Shown one piece after another: positions 1 through 8,152 of a stretch of DNA of 38,083 nt (positions within the stretch are counted from its first letter, which is position 1; every line of letters begins with the position of its first letter). The notes under the pieces were generated by a model. It saw nothing but the letters and a program-made list of their open reading frames with translations, ran no database searches and was not told the origin of the DNA. Made by a program: the position numbers and the translations under genes. Source of the DNA: a virus (Duplodnaviria; Heunggongvirae; Uroviricota; Caudoviricetes); IMG/VR virus record IMGVR_UViG_2913192161_000003, positions 1-38,083 of that record; one strand, written 5' to 3'.

Positions 1-237
1 TCAGGCGTGTGCAGCCAATAGTCCTTTATCTTTGCAGAACTGAATAACTTCTACATAGCGGAAGAGAGCGCCACCTTTCGGCGGGTGTATTTCTTCCACT
101 TCCTGCGGGAATGGTGTGCCAGATTCTTCCCACTGTTTGCGCTTTCGATAAAATGTGGTTCTGGAAATACCGCCAAGCATCTCCTGAACGCGCTCACGGT
201 TAACCAGAACCGGCTGAATGCTGATTGTTGTTTGCAT
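1..237 (-). CDS. Excisionase-like / AlpA-type small DNA-binding protein (stop at window edge 1-3)
   Basis: ORF 1..267; start taken at internal ATG (MQTTISI...) at 237 with GGAG about 9 nt upstream; small basic protein at the left end of the early-left operon, where xis sits in lambdoid phages. Family by recall only. Confidence 0.45.
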   Translation of the reverse strand: MQTTISIQPVLVNRERVQEMLGGISRTTFYRKRKQWEESGTPFPQEVEEIHPPKGGALFRYVEVIQFCKDKGLLAAHA

Positions 238-254
238 GCTTTTCTCCAGGCAAT

Positions 255-275
255 AAAAAACCCGCACTTGGCGGG
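255..275 (-). terminator. Rho-independent terminator for minus-strand transcripts
   Basis: Stem CCCGC/GCGGG (261-275) with a 5-nt loop; on the minus strand it is followed by a T6 run (A6 at 255-260 on plus); lies 24 nt downstream of the gene ending at 299. Confidence 0.6.
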
Positions 276-298
276 TTGTTTAGGTTTATGAAGAATTA

Positions 299-472
299 CT
301 ATTCTTCTTTTTCATCGTGGTCCTTCTTTGGTGGGTAAACTGCTCTTTTTATTGAGTCAGTTTCTCCGCAATTTCCGCAAATCCAGTCTCCCGTCTGCAT
401 GCCCATAATTCTCTCTTTTCCAACTCTGTTTGACCCACACTTAGGGCAGGTGTCTGGTACTCCAGTTGCCAT
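299..472 (-). CDS. Small zinc-ribbon protein (CPKCG...CGNCG)
   Basis: ORF 299..679; start taken at MATGVPDTCPKCG (472) with AAGGAG upstream; two CxxC pairs. Confidence 0.5.
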   Translation of the reverse strand: MATGVPDTCPKCGSNRVGKERIMGMQTGDWICGNCGETDSIKRAVYPPKKDHDEKEE

Positions 473-578
473 GCGATAACTCCTTTTGCTAATTGAAAAC
501 GTAAGGAATGTTATCGCGAATAGTGGGATGACAACAGTGCTGATGCTCAACATTTCACACCCATTAATTACGACAATC

Positions 579-818
579 TCATGCCGCACGCTGGGCGCGC
601 AGCGATTTAATGTGCTCGCTCTTCTCCAGTTCGGCGCGTATCTGTATCGCATCACGGTGATCGAGGAGCTCAAAGTCATTGTTGAATCGGTCGATTGAAG
701 CGGTGTTGATCCGGCCCTGTCGCCAGTAGCGGACTATCTGTGATGTGACGGAGTGGATTATTACCGGCCACCCGGCGCTATCAGCGTATATCTGACCCCG
801 TTGAATTAGCTGGAACAT
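579..818 (-). CDS. Hypothetical phage early protein (79 aa)
   Basis: ORF 579..818; start overlaps the stop of the upstream TraR-like gene (coupled). Confidence 0.45.
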   Translation of the reverse strand: MFQLIQRGQIYADSAGWPVIIHSVTSQIVRYWRQGRINTASIDRFNNDFELLDHRDAIQIRAELEKSEHIKSLRAQRAA

Positions 819-1033
819 TACGAACCTCGCTGTTTCTGTCTCAACTCCAACTCAGTCAGGCAGTTCACACACATCGTGCATCCAGGATACGCTTTCCGGC
901 GAGCATCAAGTAACTTATCCCCGCACTCCTCACAGTGCGTTGCTGATACTGCTGAGTGGTTAATGCGGTGGCGGCTAAGTGCGGCGTTGCGCTGCAGGTC
1001 TTCCAATTCTGATGCTGTATCGATAATGTCCAT
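818..1033 (-). CDS. TraR/DksA-family C4 zinc-finger protein
   Basis: 71 aa with CEECG...CVNC four-cysteine motif typical of phage TraR-like proteins; GGAG RBS upstream of ATG at 1033. Confidence 0.7.
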   Translation of the reverse strand: MDIIDTASELEDLQRNAALSRHRINHSAVSATHCEECGDKLLDARRKAYPGCTMCVNCLTELELRQKQRGS

Positions 1034-1124
1034 AATCAGTGCTCCATGAACTGTCGGTTAATTCGGTTGAAGGTGAACGCGACCAGTAAAAAAGGAGCCT
1101 GTAGCTCCCTGATGATTTTGATTT

Positions 1125-1412
1125 TCATGTCCACCGTTCCTTAAAGACGCCGTTCAATATGCCGATCGCCAGACTTAAATGAGTCGGTGTGAATCCCATC
1201 AGCGTTACCGTTTCCCGGTGCTTCTTCAGCACGCTACGGCAAATGTCATCGACGTTTTTATCTGGAAACTGCTGTCTGGCTTTTTTGATTTCAGAATTAG
1301 CCTGACGGGCAATGCTGCGAAGGGCGTTTTCCGGCTGATGTGTCATTGAACAAGCCCCATGTCGGCAAGCATAAGCACACAGAATATGAAGCCCACCGCT
1401 AGAAAAATACAT
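1125..1412 (-). CDS. Hypothetical protein (start uncertain)
   Basis: ORF 1125..1445 begins on TTG and overlaps the upstream gene; first in-frame ATG (MYFSS) is at 1412, another (MTHQ) at about 1346; no strong RBS for either. Confidence 0.35.
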   Translation of the reverse strand: MYFSSGGLHILCAYACRHGACSMTHQPENALRSIARQANSEIKKARQQFPDKNVDDICRSVLKKHRETVTLMGFTPTHLSLAIGILNGVFKERWT

Positions 1413-1422
1413 TTCGTGGTTG

Positions 1423-1980
1423 TCATGCAGCCTCCCGACGGGCAAGAATCCTGGAGCCGAACGCCATCAACTCGCCACGATCAACGGTCGTAAAGTGGCA
1501 GTGTGTACGGGGGTATGGGTGCCAGATAATTAGGATGGAACCTTTGCTATTTCCAGAGACCGGCTTACCGGTGACCGGGTTGATAAATGCCAGTCGTCCT
1601 GCCGTGATGAATCTGACCTCACTGGCGGTTTGTATCGCTTCATGAAACCAGCCGACAGACGTGTCAGCAGGCAATAACATTACACATCCCACACTACTGA
1701 ATTTGTTTTCAGTGGCTGCCTTTTTCACAAAAGGGGAAATATTGCTGTATGGTGGATTCAGCCAGACATAGCCAGAGGCATATCCCATTGCTTCAGGCCA
1801 TGAAGTGGTTAATGTGTTTTGCTCCTGTGAGATAAAAAGCCGACATAGCCGGTTTTTTTCGCTGGCTGCAGCATCGAGTTGAAAAACGAATTCTGCATTA
1901 AGCGCAGCAAAAATCTCTGGTGGTGTGCGCCAGCTGTCACGATGTTCGGCAGGCGTGTTGCTTCCGGTATAATCAGTCAT
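1423..1980 (-). CDS. Phage N6-adenine DNA methyltransferase (Dam-like)
   Basis: 185 aa containing the NPPY catalytic motif (WLNPPYS) characteristic of N6-adenine MTases; early-operon position typical of phage anti-restriction methylases. Confidence 0.8.
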   Translation of the reverse strand: MTDYTGSNTPAEHRDSWRTPPEIFAALNAEFVFQLDAAASEKNRLCRLFISQEQNTLTTSWPEAMGYASGYVWLNPPYSNISPFVKKAATENKFSSVGCVMLLPADTSVGWFHEAIQTASEVRFITAGRLAFINPVTGKPVSGNSKGSILIIWHPYPRTHCHFTTVDRGELMAFGSRILARREAA

Positions 1981-2141
1981 TGCTCTCGCTCCGGGTCATT
2001 CCGATTCCAACCGTTCCGCTCAATGTTCGCTTTCAACCGCCGATCAGCGACTTCCTCAATGCTGCACCCGGTCAGCTCGGCGACCGTGGCGTTGTTGTGG
2101 CGCCAGAGCAGGGCGAGTTCTTCTGTTTTCCAGTTAGTCAT
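1977..2141 (-). CDS. Small hypothetical protein (54 aa)
   Basis: Hand-translated ORF below the 60-aa track cutoff (MTNWKTEELALLW...); ATGA start/stop overlaps with both neighbours indicate translational coupling. Confidence 0.35.
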   Translation of the reverse strand: MTNWKTEELALLWRHNNATVAELTGCSIEEVADRRLKANIERNGWNRNDPEREQ

Positions 2142-2566
2142 AGCACCGCCTCAAATTCGTCAATGTAGAGATTGGCCTTTATCAGCCTGCTGCGACGTGC
2201 AGCTTTATCCATGCATTCCTGATGAGCTTTTTTAGAAGCATGGAGAACGGCGCTGCGAGTGCAAAGACGCGTCTTTCCTTGTGGGACAACTACTTTGGCC
2301 GGGGTTACTAAGTTGAATTGCCGATCGACAATTCCCGATTCAGTAACCCAGGTAGGAGATGCCTCAAGACGGGCAACCTTGCCGGTTCTGCGCGTAAGGT
2401 TCTTTGCAGAGCGGTTAAACTCGATGAGCGTTACGCCGAACTTCTCAGCGATTTCGTTTCCGGTTACCGGGCGGCCTCGCGTCTGAATCATCCAGATAAC
2501 GCGTTCACGGAGGCCGGAGAATTGCCCGGTGCGCCCGGGACTGCGGTAAAAGGGTGTGCGTTTCAT
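2138..2566 (-). CDS. Hypothetical early protein, possible HTH DNA-binding
   Basis: 142-aa ORF coupled (ATGA) to the exonuclease gene upstream; basic, HTH-like segment (TGNEIAEKFGVTLIEFNRSAKNL). Confidence 0.5.
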   Translation of the reverse strand: MKRTPFYRSPGRTGQFSGLRERVIWMIQTRGRPVTGNEIAEKFGVTLIEFNRSAKNLTRRTGKVARLEASPTWVTESGIVDRQFNLVTPAKVVVPQGKTRLCTRSAVLHASKKAHQECMDKAARRSRLIKANLYIDEFEAVL

Positions 2567-3180
2567 GCTGCACGCTCAGTAATTTTCTGAATCTCCGAAT
2601 CCAGATCAGCAAGGAAGCTCTTAACTTCAGATTCGATTTCGCCCGCGAGTTCTTCATCGAAATGAATGCGCTTCTTGAAATAGGCGAGGTCAGGCGGAAG
2701 GCGATCATCGAAACTAACGAAATCACACCATTTACGCCCGGTGCACATCATCTGTGCATGCATTTGCAGCATGTACTGGCGCTTTGGCTCGCCAGTTTTC
2801 AGAGTTTCAAGATGGGTCCAGGTGTTTGGGCATTTGATTTCGATAAGCCCGTCGTCGTTAACAAGTCCGTCCGGGCTGGCTGCGAATCCGGGGATGGTTG
2901 GGTGATCGATGAGTCCAACCTCAGTTATTTCCGCATCGAACTCATTCAGCGCGTACATCTCGCGCGCCACTGGCTCTAGCTCTGTGCCGCGCATCATCGC
3001 GGCATTGGAGAATCCTTCTTCCAGTTTCCCGGTCAGCCGCTGGCAAATCAGCTCAGCCATGTAGTTCTGGCGGCTTGCTGAGTAGCCAGACTTAGTACGG
3101 GCCATGACATCAGCCAAACGGCTGGCTGTGACCTTTCCGCAGCGCGCGGCAAACCATTCTGGTGTGCGTTGTTCCATCAC
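2563..3180 (-). CDS. YqaJ-family phage exonuclease (lambda Exo analogue)
   Basis: 205 aa; paired immediately downstream of RecT as in YqaJ/RecT recombination modules; start overlaps the RecT stop. Confidence 0.75.
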   Translation of the reverse strand: MMEQRTPEWFAARCGKVTASRLADVMARTKSGYSASRQNYMAELICQRLTGKLEEGFSNAAMMRGTELEPVAREMYALNEFDAEITEVGLIDHPTIPGFAASPDGLVNDDGLIEIKCPNTWTHLETLKTGEPKRQYMLQMHAQMMCTGRKWCDFVSFDDRLPPDLAYFKKRIHFDEELAGEIESEVKSFLADLDSEIQKITERAA

Positions 3181-3923
3181 TCAGCCTCCGTCTCTGCGGC
3201 ATTGATAGGTTCGGCGTTGTCGACAGCAAGACTCATGCTATACATGCGTCGCTTCTCAACTGCGCCGATCACCTGCTTCTCTTCTGCGCTCAGCGCCACC
3301 CAGAACTCCTGATACTTCACAGTTCCAAGGCGGGCGGCAGACTCACCTTTAGCGATTAGTTCGGGGCGGCGACTGTCTGATTCATGGCCTGCATGAACTT
3401 CCGCTGTTGTCCCTTCAATAACTCGCTCGGCTTCGTCCTGGTCAAAGATGCCAGCGAACCCAAAGGCCAGACGCGCGCACTGAATCAGTGTCTTGTGGCG
3501 AAGCATGCGGGTAGGGTGGGACTGCCATGGCTGAGTATTGCGTTTACACTCGCCCATGTACTCGGTGACAATGGTCGGGTGCTTACGGTCTTTGCGGTAA
3601 ATCTTGCAGGTGCACGCGCCTTCTTCTTTGTCATAAGAGAATTCCATGCCGTCAAACTGCGGGTGCTCGTTGATAATTCGCGCCCATCCATCCACACCGA
3701 CAACCGGGACAATCCCGCCTTTATCGGGGAATGCGTAAATCTCTTTGGTCCATGGGTTCAGACCGTACTGGTTGGCGACGATCAGCAGGGCTGTAAACTG
3801 CTCGTCCGTGACGTTGCCACCTTTAAACGCTGTATTCTTCAGCGTATTCATCAGGTCTGTACCGGCATCCATGCCGAGGCGTGCGGCCAGTTTCCCGGCC
3901 ATGGTGGAAAGTGCAGTGCTCAT
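3177..3923 (-). CDS. recT: RecT-family single-strand annealing recombinase
   Basis: ORF 3177..3938; start placed at ATG 3923 (MSTALSTMAGK) with GAGGGG RBS 7 nt upstream; RecT-like sequence and position. Confidence 0.8.
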   Translation of the reverse strand: MSTALSTMAGKLAARLGMDAGTDLMNTLKNTAFKGGNVTDEQFTALLIVANQYGLNPWTKEIYAFPDKGGIVPVVGVDGWARIINEHPQFDGMEFSYDKEEGACTCKIYRKDRKHPTIVTEYMGECKRNTQPWQSHPTRMLRHKTLIQCARLAFGFAGIFDQDEAERVIEGTTAEVHAGHESDSRRPELIAKGESAARLGTVKYQEFWVALSAEEKQVIGAVEKRRMYSMSLAVDNAEPINAAETEAE

Positions 3924-3941
3924 TGTTAATCCCCTCAAAAA

Positions 3942-4226
3942 TTAAAACGGGCAGCCGGTACGGTGCTCCCAGTCGTGCTCTGCCTGGGCGTAGGCCACTG
4001 CCGAAACGAAGTCGTTATAGGCCTCGCCAGCTTTATCGCTGCGAAGTCCTTCGTATGGGCTGGAGTCAATCGGTACGGAGAAGTGGAAGAGGCCAGACGG
4101 CTCTTTGGGCATCATGTCGATGATTTGCTGCGCCCGGTCGTCGATCCACTTCTCTTTCTCATCGGTGAGCAGCTGTTCAACCCAGCGCCGATCTTCGATG
4201 CGGTCGTAAGTGAGGAATGCGTTCAT
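3942..4226 (-). CDS. Hypothetical protein
   Basis: ORF 3942..4268; internal ATG (MNAFLTYDR) at 4226 avoids overlap with the upstream gene. Confidence 0.4.
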   Translation of the reverse strand: MNAFLTYDRIEDRRWVEQLLTDEKEKWIDDRAQQIIDMMPKEPSGLFHFSVPIDSSPYEGLRSDKAGEAYNDFVSAVAYAQAEHDWEHRTGCPF

Positions 4227-4233
4227 GGTTGCC

Positions 4234-5205
4234 TCAGTAATGAATTTTCGCGCAGGGGAGCAGGTCATCTTTCAGAGCGGTAAGTACTTCGATAGCCTGT
4301 TCGCGAGTTAAGCTGGTGTGGCTGGTGAGCGCGTTAACGATGTTGGTGCCGACCGTCTTCCGGTGCTTCACGTCTGCTTCTCGCTTCGCCTGCTCATCGG
4401 CTTTGCGTTTCTCTTCCGCCAGGCGAGCATCTTCGGCCTGTTTTGCTTTCAGACGCTCAGCTTCAACCGCCGTGACTTTTTCACGCTCCGCCCTCTCTTC
4501 TGCTTCCTGCTTCTCACGTGCCGCACGCTGTTCCGCTTCAATACGCTGGCGTTCCGCAGCTTCAGCGCGCGCTTTCTCTCCAGCTTCACGGCGCGCCGCC
4601 GCTTCAATCTCTGCCTTGTGCTTCGCTTCTGCATCTCGGCGGGCTTGTTCTGCCGCTTCACGCTTCAGCTGCTCATCACGTTCACGCTGTGCTTGTTCCA
4701 CCAGGCGACGCTGTTCTTCGCGGTCACGGTCGAAAGCATCGTTCATCAGCAGGGCCATCTCGTGGTCTGCTTTAAACTTGGCCGCCAGCTCCTGATCTAA
4801 CTTGATGTTCATCTCCAGCGCTTCGGCGTGCAGCGCGTTCATGGCTTCTTCAGCCTTGATGTGTTCCTGCTCGGCTTCCCATTCTGTGAGTGGGCGGCGG
4901 GTCGCATCGCGCAGCTCGTCACACGCATCAACGAAACGCTTAATCTCGGCCTCAGCAGGACGCACAGCCTCTTTAAGACGCTTCAGGTACTCACGGCCTG
5001 GTTTTTCGATTGCCGTCTTGCTGCGGGATACCTGCGCCGCCAGAGAGGCGATACGGTCACGGCCTTTCTTCGTGGACAGGTCTGGTACTTCGTTTACTGC
5101 CATGCGGATTTGTTCGAGGTAAGCATCTAGGCCGCCCGCTACGTAAAGCACTGGTGCCTGCTCCGGCTTGATTTCGATGACAGTTAAGTCCGTTACTTCG
5201 CTCAT
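4234..5205 (-). CDS. Coiled-coil phage protein (DUF1351-like), E/A/R/K-rich
   Basis: ORF 4234..5319; start placed at ATG 5205 (MSEVTDL) with AGGAGA RBS; long charged helical repeat region; commonly found upstream of recT in enterobacterial prophages (recall). Confidence 0.6.
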   Translation of the reverse strand: MSEVTDLTVIEIKPEQAPVLYVAGGLDAYLEQIRMAVNEVPDLSTKKGRDRIASLAAQVSRSKTAIEKPGREYLKRLKEAVRPAEAEIKRFVDACDELRDATRRPLTEWEAEQEHIKAEEAMNALHAEALEMNIKLDQELAAKFKADHEMALLMNDAFDRDREEQRRLVEQAQRERDEQLKREAAEQARRDAEAKHKAEIEAAARREAGEKARAEAAERQRIEAEQRAAREKQEAEERAEREKVTAVEAERLKAKQAEDARLAEEKRKADEQAKREADVKHRKTVGTNIVNALTSHTSLTREQAIEVLTALKDDLLPCAKIHY

Positions 5206-5275
5206 GGTTTCTCCTGAAATTTGGATGTGCAGATCCCGCCCGCAGAAAGCCAGGCTGATCGGTTGAATAGGGTGG

Positions 5276-5485
5276 TTAGTGCTGGATAGGGTTTCCGCGT
5301 CCGTCGAGAAGGACGTCAATCACGCAATCACTGAGACGGATGATTTCTGCATCGGTGTGCAGGTATACCCATTTTCTCTCCTGGATTACTGCTGAGACGC
5401 GATAGGTGCGGCCTTTGTGCAGTGCCATCATGCCGGGAGTGACGCACTGGCGAATCATTGGAGTCGTTCCGTAGTGAGACATCAT
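5276..5485 (-). CDS. Hypothetical small protein (69 aa)
   Basis: ORF in track; start ATGATG overlaps the stop of the upstream mini-ORF. Confidence 0.4.
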   Translation of the reverse strand: MMSHYGTTPMIRQCVTPGMMALHKGRTYRVSAVIQERKWVYLHTDAEIIRLSDCVIDVLLDGRGNPIQH

Positions 5486-5646
5486 TTCTTACCCTCCACC
5501 TGAGCCAGTAAACCAGCAACATGCATCTGCCAGCGGTTCAGCGTGACTTGCTCTCGCGGGTTGGTGAGCGACGTTAGCCGCCATTCGTTATTGTTAATGG
5601 CGCAGCACTTTACGGTGTACTGCTTGCCGTTGTGGGTGACTGTCAT
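5482..5646 (-). CDS. Small hypothetical protein (54 aa)
   Basis: Hand-translated (MTVTHNGKQYTVKCC...); coupled by ATGA overlaps to both flanking ORFs. Confidence 0.3.
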   Translation of the reverse strand: MTVTHNGKQYTVKCCAINNNEWRLTSLTNPREQVTLNRWQMHVAGLLAQVEGKK

Positions 5647-5772
5647 GAAGCAGCCTTAAGAGCCTTTTCGGCTTCTTTGATACGGGCTGCGGTGCCAGCA
5701 TTCTGAGCAATTTCATTAAGGTGACGAGCGTCTTCCAAAAGCTTAGCGATTATCTCTTTCAGGTCTGTCATA
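5643..5772 (-). CDS. Small hypothetical protein (42 aa), first ORF of the leftward operon
   Basis: Hand-translated (MTDLKEIIAKLLEDARHL...); AGAGGA RBS upstream of ATG at 5772. Confidence 0.3.
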
Positions 5773-6109
5773 AATCCTCTTGGCCTTATCGCGGCGAACG
5801 GAACGGTTAATACAAGACTTCTGCGCTAATGGGCGGTGGATAGCCGCCGTTCATAACTGAGCGTCCTCTGAGAAGCCGCTGAGGTATGAAAAAAGCCGCA
5901 TTGGGCTGCTTGTGTTGAAATCCTTTGTGGTGCGGTGCAGGGATGCTTATCTTCCCAGTTACTGTCTGGCAGCTGCATTTCACCGCACTACAAAACATTC
6001 CAGATTGTTGCCGGGGTATTTATCCATGCCCGGCGCATGGTTTCCTTGCTTTCCACAGACAAAGGAAATTGCTGAATTGGCTATTCCACAGGCAATTAAG
6101 GAATGATTA

Positions 6110-6337
6110 ATGAGCACTAGTACGCTGAAAATTCACTGCCCCGATTGCGGAAGTGAACTCATCAAGAGACCCGACGATTTCGACTTTGATAGTAATTTCG
6201 TGGATGTATCCTGTGCTGATTGCGGGAGGAACATAACGAAGGACGACGTTATCGAACAGGCCACTAAGGCTGTCAAGAAGCAGGTCGATGACATGCTGCG
6301 GAAGACCTTCAAAGGACACGGATGGAAGTTTAAGTAG
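6110..6337 (+). CDS. Small zinc-ribbon protein (CPDCG-N20-CADCG)
   Basis: 75 aa with two CxDCG motifs; AAGGAA RBS 8 nt upstream; opposite in orientation to the early-left operon. Confidence 0.55.
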   Translation: MSTSTLKIHCPDCGSELIKRPDDFDFDSNFVDVSCADCGRNITKDDVIEQATKAVKKQVDDMLRKTFKGHGWKFK

Positions 6338-6799
6338 CTTTATGGCTTCCTCCATTTTCTGAACTGCCTCTCTGGCGTCGAGCGTGAGCATCATCGGCGC
6401 CCTTATAACATCTCCCATATCTCACCTCTCTGTCGTTACCCGCTGATGCGGGAGAAATGCTTTGGTGCTGACTCCCCACAAGGAAGCAGGGAAGGCCGTC
6501 GTCGCCTTGGTGAGCCATTAACTCACCAACTAGCTGATAACCGTCTGCCAGCCCAAAACATTCCCTGTATTGGTCAGCGTCAACTCCCTGCCAGTGTTGC
6601 CCGTTCTCACGCCGTTCTCGCTCTCGCGCGGGGATATTCTCTCACCGACCGGATCGCACCCGGTGATACAGCACGTTTACGTGTAGGGGTCTTAACCGGT
6701 CATTGACGCTGTAAATCTGCATGTTGTTAAAAAGCAGGCGACTTGCTGTCCGCCGCTGGCTAACTTCGCTCAGCTGTCGATGTTTCGTTTCGATAGGCT

Positions 6800-6905
6800 A
6801 ATAATAGCTATGGCGATTATCGTAGTCAATCGCTTAAACGATATTAATGATAGGTAAGGCGATAAATGTGTGATTGATATGGCGATTTTTAATTAAAATT
6901 ATTTA
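6800..6905. promoter_or_regulatory. Operator-like repeat cluster (OL-like) and putative promoter upstream of the 6943 gene
   Basis: Three same-orientation GGCGAT half-sites (about 6811, 6857, 6882) and a near-palindrome ATCGCTTAAACGAT (about 6828-6841), matching the half-site of the OR palindromes at 8057-8097; TTGATA (6874-6879) as a possible -35. Confidence 0.45.
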
Positions 6906-6942
6906 CGTGGTAATCTGTTTTTTTCGGTGAAGGAGTGAATAA

Positions 6943-7317
6943 ATGGAACTTCAAGAGTGGGTTGATAGGTTGCGGTGGCTGAGCCATGAACAGATCGTTC
7001 AAGTTCATTTCGGGCTTCAGGAAGAGATTAAGAAATATTACAAACTGAGGGATGAAGCTAATAATCTTGCGCGCGCTGAGCATCTGTGTGAGCAAATGAT
7101 TGCTCTTTCAGAATTGGCATTTCCGGCGCTGAAGAGGGCTCATGATAAAAGAGTAGAAGAATATGAGTCGTTAACTGGCAACAAGTACCCGAGCGAATTC
7201 TATCCGCCATCACACTATGGATTTTCTCAGTTAGTGGTGATCTTGAAGAAAAGAAAGGATTACAAGCGGATTGAAGAACTTCGTGAAAAGATGATTAAAG
7301 AGGGGTGGAGGTGCTAA
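6943..7317 (+). CDS. Hypothetical helical protein (124 aa), AT-rich cargo gene convergent on cI
   Basis: Strong RBS GAAGGAG upstream of ATG; lower GC than flanks; sits where rexAB lie in lambda but on the opposite strand; followed by hairpin GCCCGG-TAA-CCGGGC (7318-7332). Confidence 0.6.
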   Translation: MELQEWVDRLRWLSHEQIVQVHFGLQEEIKKYYKLRDEANNLARAEHLCEQMIALSELAFPALKRAHDKRVEEYESLTGNKYPSEFYPPSHYGFSQLVVILKKRKDYKRIEELREKMIKEGWRC

Positions 7318-7331
7318 GCCCGGTAACCGGG

Positions 7332-8024
7332 CTATGCGAATCTTTTATAATCTATCGACTGTCGTAAAAGCACTCTTGCCATTACATAGAACTGGTCTTC
7401 ATCACCAGGCTCAACATACCACTTCTCGTAAATAGGGTTATCAGAGATTACAGCCAGGCGGTCACGCTGCATCTGAAGTCGCTTGACGTGTAATGTTTTA
7501 CCAAAAGCAAAGACATAAACGCCATCACTGTCGAATGCAGTGACGCCGATATCAACAAAGATTTGGTCTCCCGGAGAAATTGTTCCATCCATGCTGTCAC
7601 CGCTAACTGTGATGACCTTTATATTTTCAGCTGGGCGGTTACCGAACAGAGAGCGCGCTTGCTCAGATGTGTATTCAATAGCTCTAATGGTTTCAATGAA
7701 ATCGCTGGTAACTAAGGCACCCGGGCCCGCACTGGCTTTAACGTCGAGAACATCCACGCGATAGATCCCACTGTTTGGCTTTCTAACCTTGTATAGTGTA
7801 GGGGATTCATTTGCGCTACCGGCAAACATTTCACCTTCGCCAGTAGACAGCCATTCCGGACGCACACCGAGAACCGATGCAATTTCTACAGTTTTGCGTG
7901 AGCTGCTCGCACCATTCAATAGCTTATTAACGCTGGATTGCGCCATCCCTACAGCTTTTGCGAGCCTGCCCTGCGTATATCCTGCGGAAGACATCGCATG
8001 CGCTAAGCGCTCAGAGAATTCCAT
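7332..8024 (-). CDS. cI: CI-like prophage repressor (HTH + S24 LexA-like peptidase domain)
   Basis: N-terminal HTH (QGRLAKAVGMAQSSVNKLL), C-terminal S24 motifs (SGDSM serine, downstream lysine); divergent from the Cro-like gene; start taken at ATG 8024 (track begins on GTG 8030). Confidence 0.85.
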   Translation of the reverse strand: MEFSERLAHAMSSAGYTQGRLAKAVGMAQSSVNKLLNGASSSRKTVEIASVLGVRPEWLSTGEGEMFAGSANESPTLYKVRKPNSGIYRVDVLDVKASAGPGALVTSDFIETIRAIEYTSEQARSLFGNRPAENIKVITVSGDSMDGTISPGDQIFVDIGVTAFDSDGVYVFAFGKTLHVKRLQMQRDRLAVISDNPIYEKWYVEPGDEDQFYVMARVLLRQSIDYKRFA

Positions 8025-8056
8025 ACACACCCCTTAAAAACACTTTCTTTAATCCT

Positions 8057-8097
8057 ATCGCCTATGCGATTATTTAGCAAAAAATCGCATAGGCGAT
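8057..8097. promoter_or_regulatory. OR-like operators: two 14-bp palindromes ATCGC-N4-GCGAT
   Basis: ATCGCCTATGCGAT (8057-8070) and ATCGCATAGGCGAT (8084-8097), 27 bp centre to centre, in the cI/cro divergent intergenic region. Confidence 0.6.
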
Positions 8098-8125
8098 TGA
8101 CATTCGCCAGGGTGATAATCATAAT
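8097..8125 (+). promoter_or_regulatory. Putative PR promoter for the Cro-like gene
   Basis: -35 TTGACA (8097-8102), 17-bp spacer, -10 CATAAT (8120-8125); the -35 abuts the second operator. Confidence 0.55.
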
Positions 8126-8152
8126 CGCTTAAAATTGATAGTTGAGGTGATT

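Noticed and set aside
4316-4800. Two plus-strand ORFs of about 160 aa rich in S/A/R/C/F
   Set aside because: They are the antisense frames of the E/A/R/K-rich coiled-coil gene at 4234-5205; the low-complexity composition is the mirror image of that gene and there is no RBS or operon context.
6107-6418. Minus-strand ORF of 103 aa overlapping the zinc-ribbon gene
   Set aside because: It is exactly antisense to a plus-strand ORF that has a clear RBS and a double CxDCG zinc-ribbon signature; kept only as an alternative in the findings.
6510-6530. Hairpin GGTGAG-N7-CTCACC considered as a tRNA anticodon arm or nut boxB
   Set aside because: No flanking acceptor, D or T arms for a tRNA and the loop lacks the U33/purine37 pattern; no adjacent boxA consensus; retained only as part of the structured non-coding finding.
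6446-6706. Plus-strand ORF of 86 aa (R/G/L-rich)
   Set aside because: Low-complexity arginine-rich translation of a GC-rich structured region; no RBS; more likely a non-coding regulatory or RNA region.
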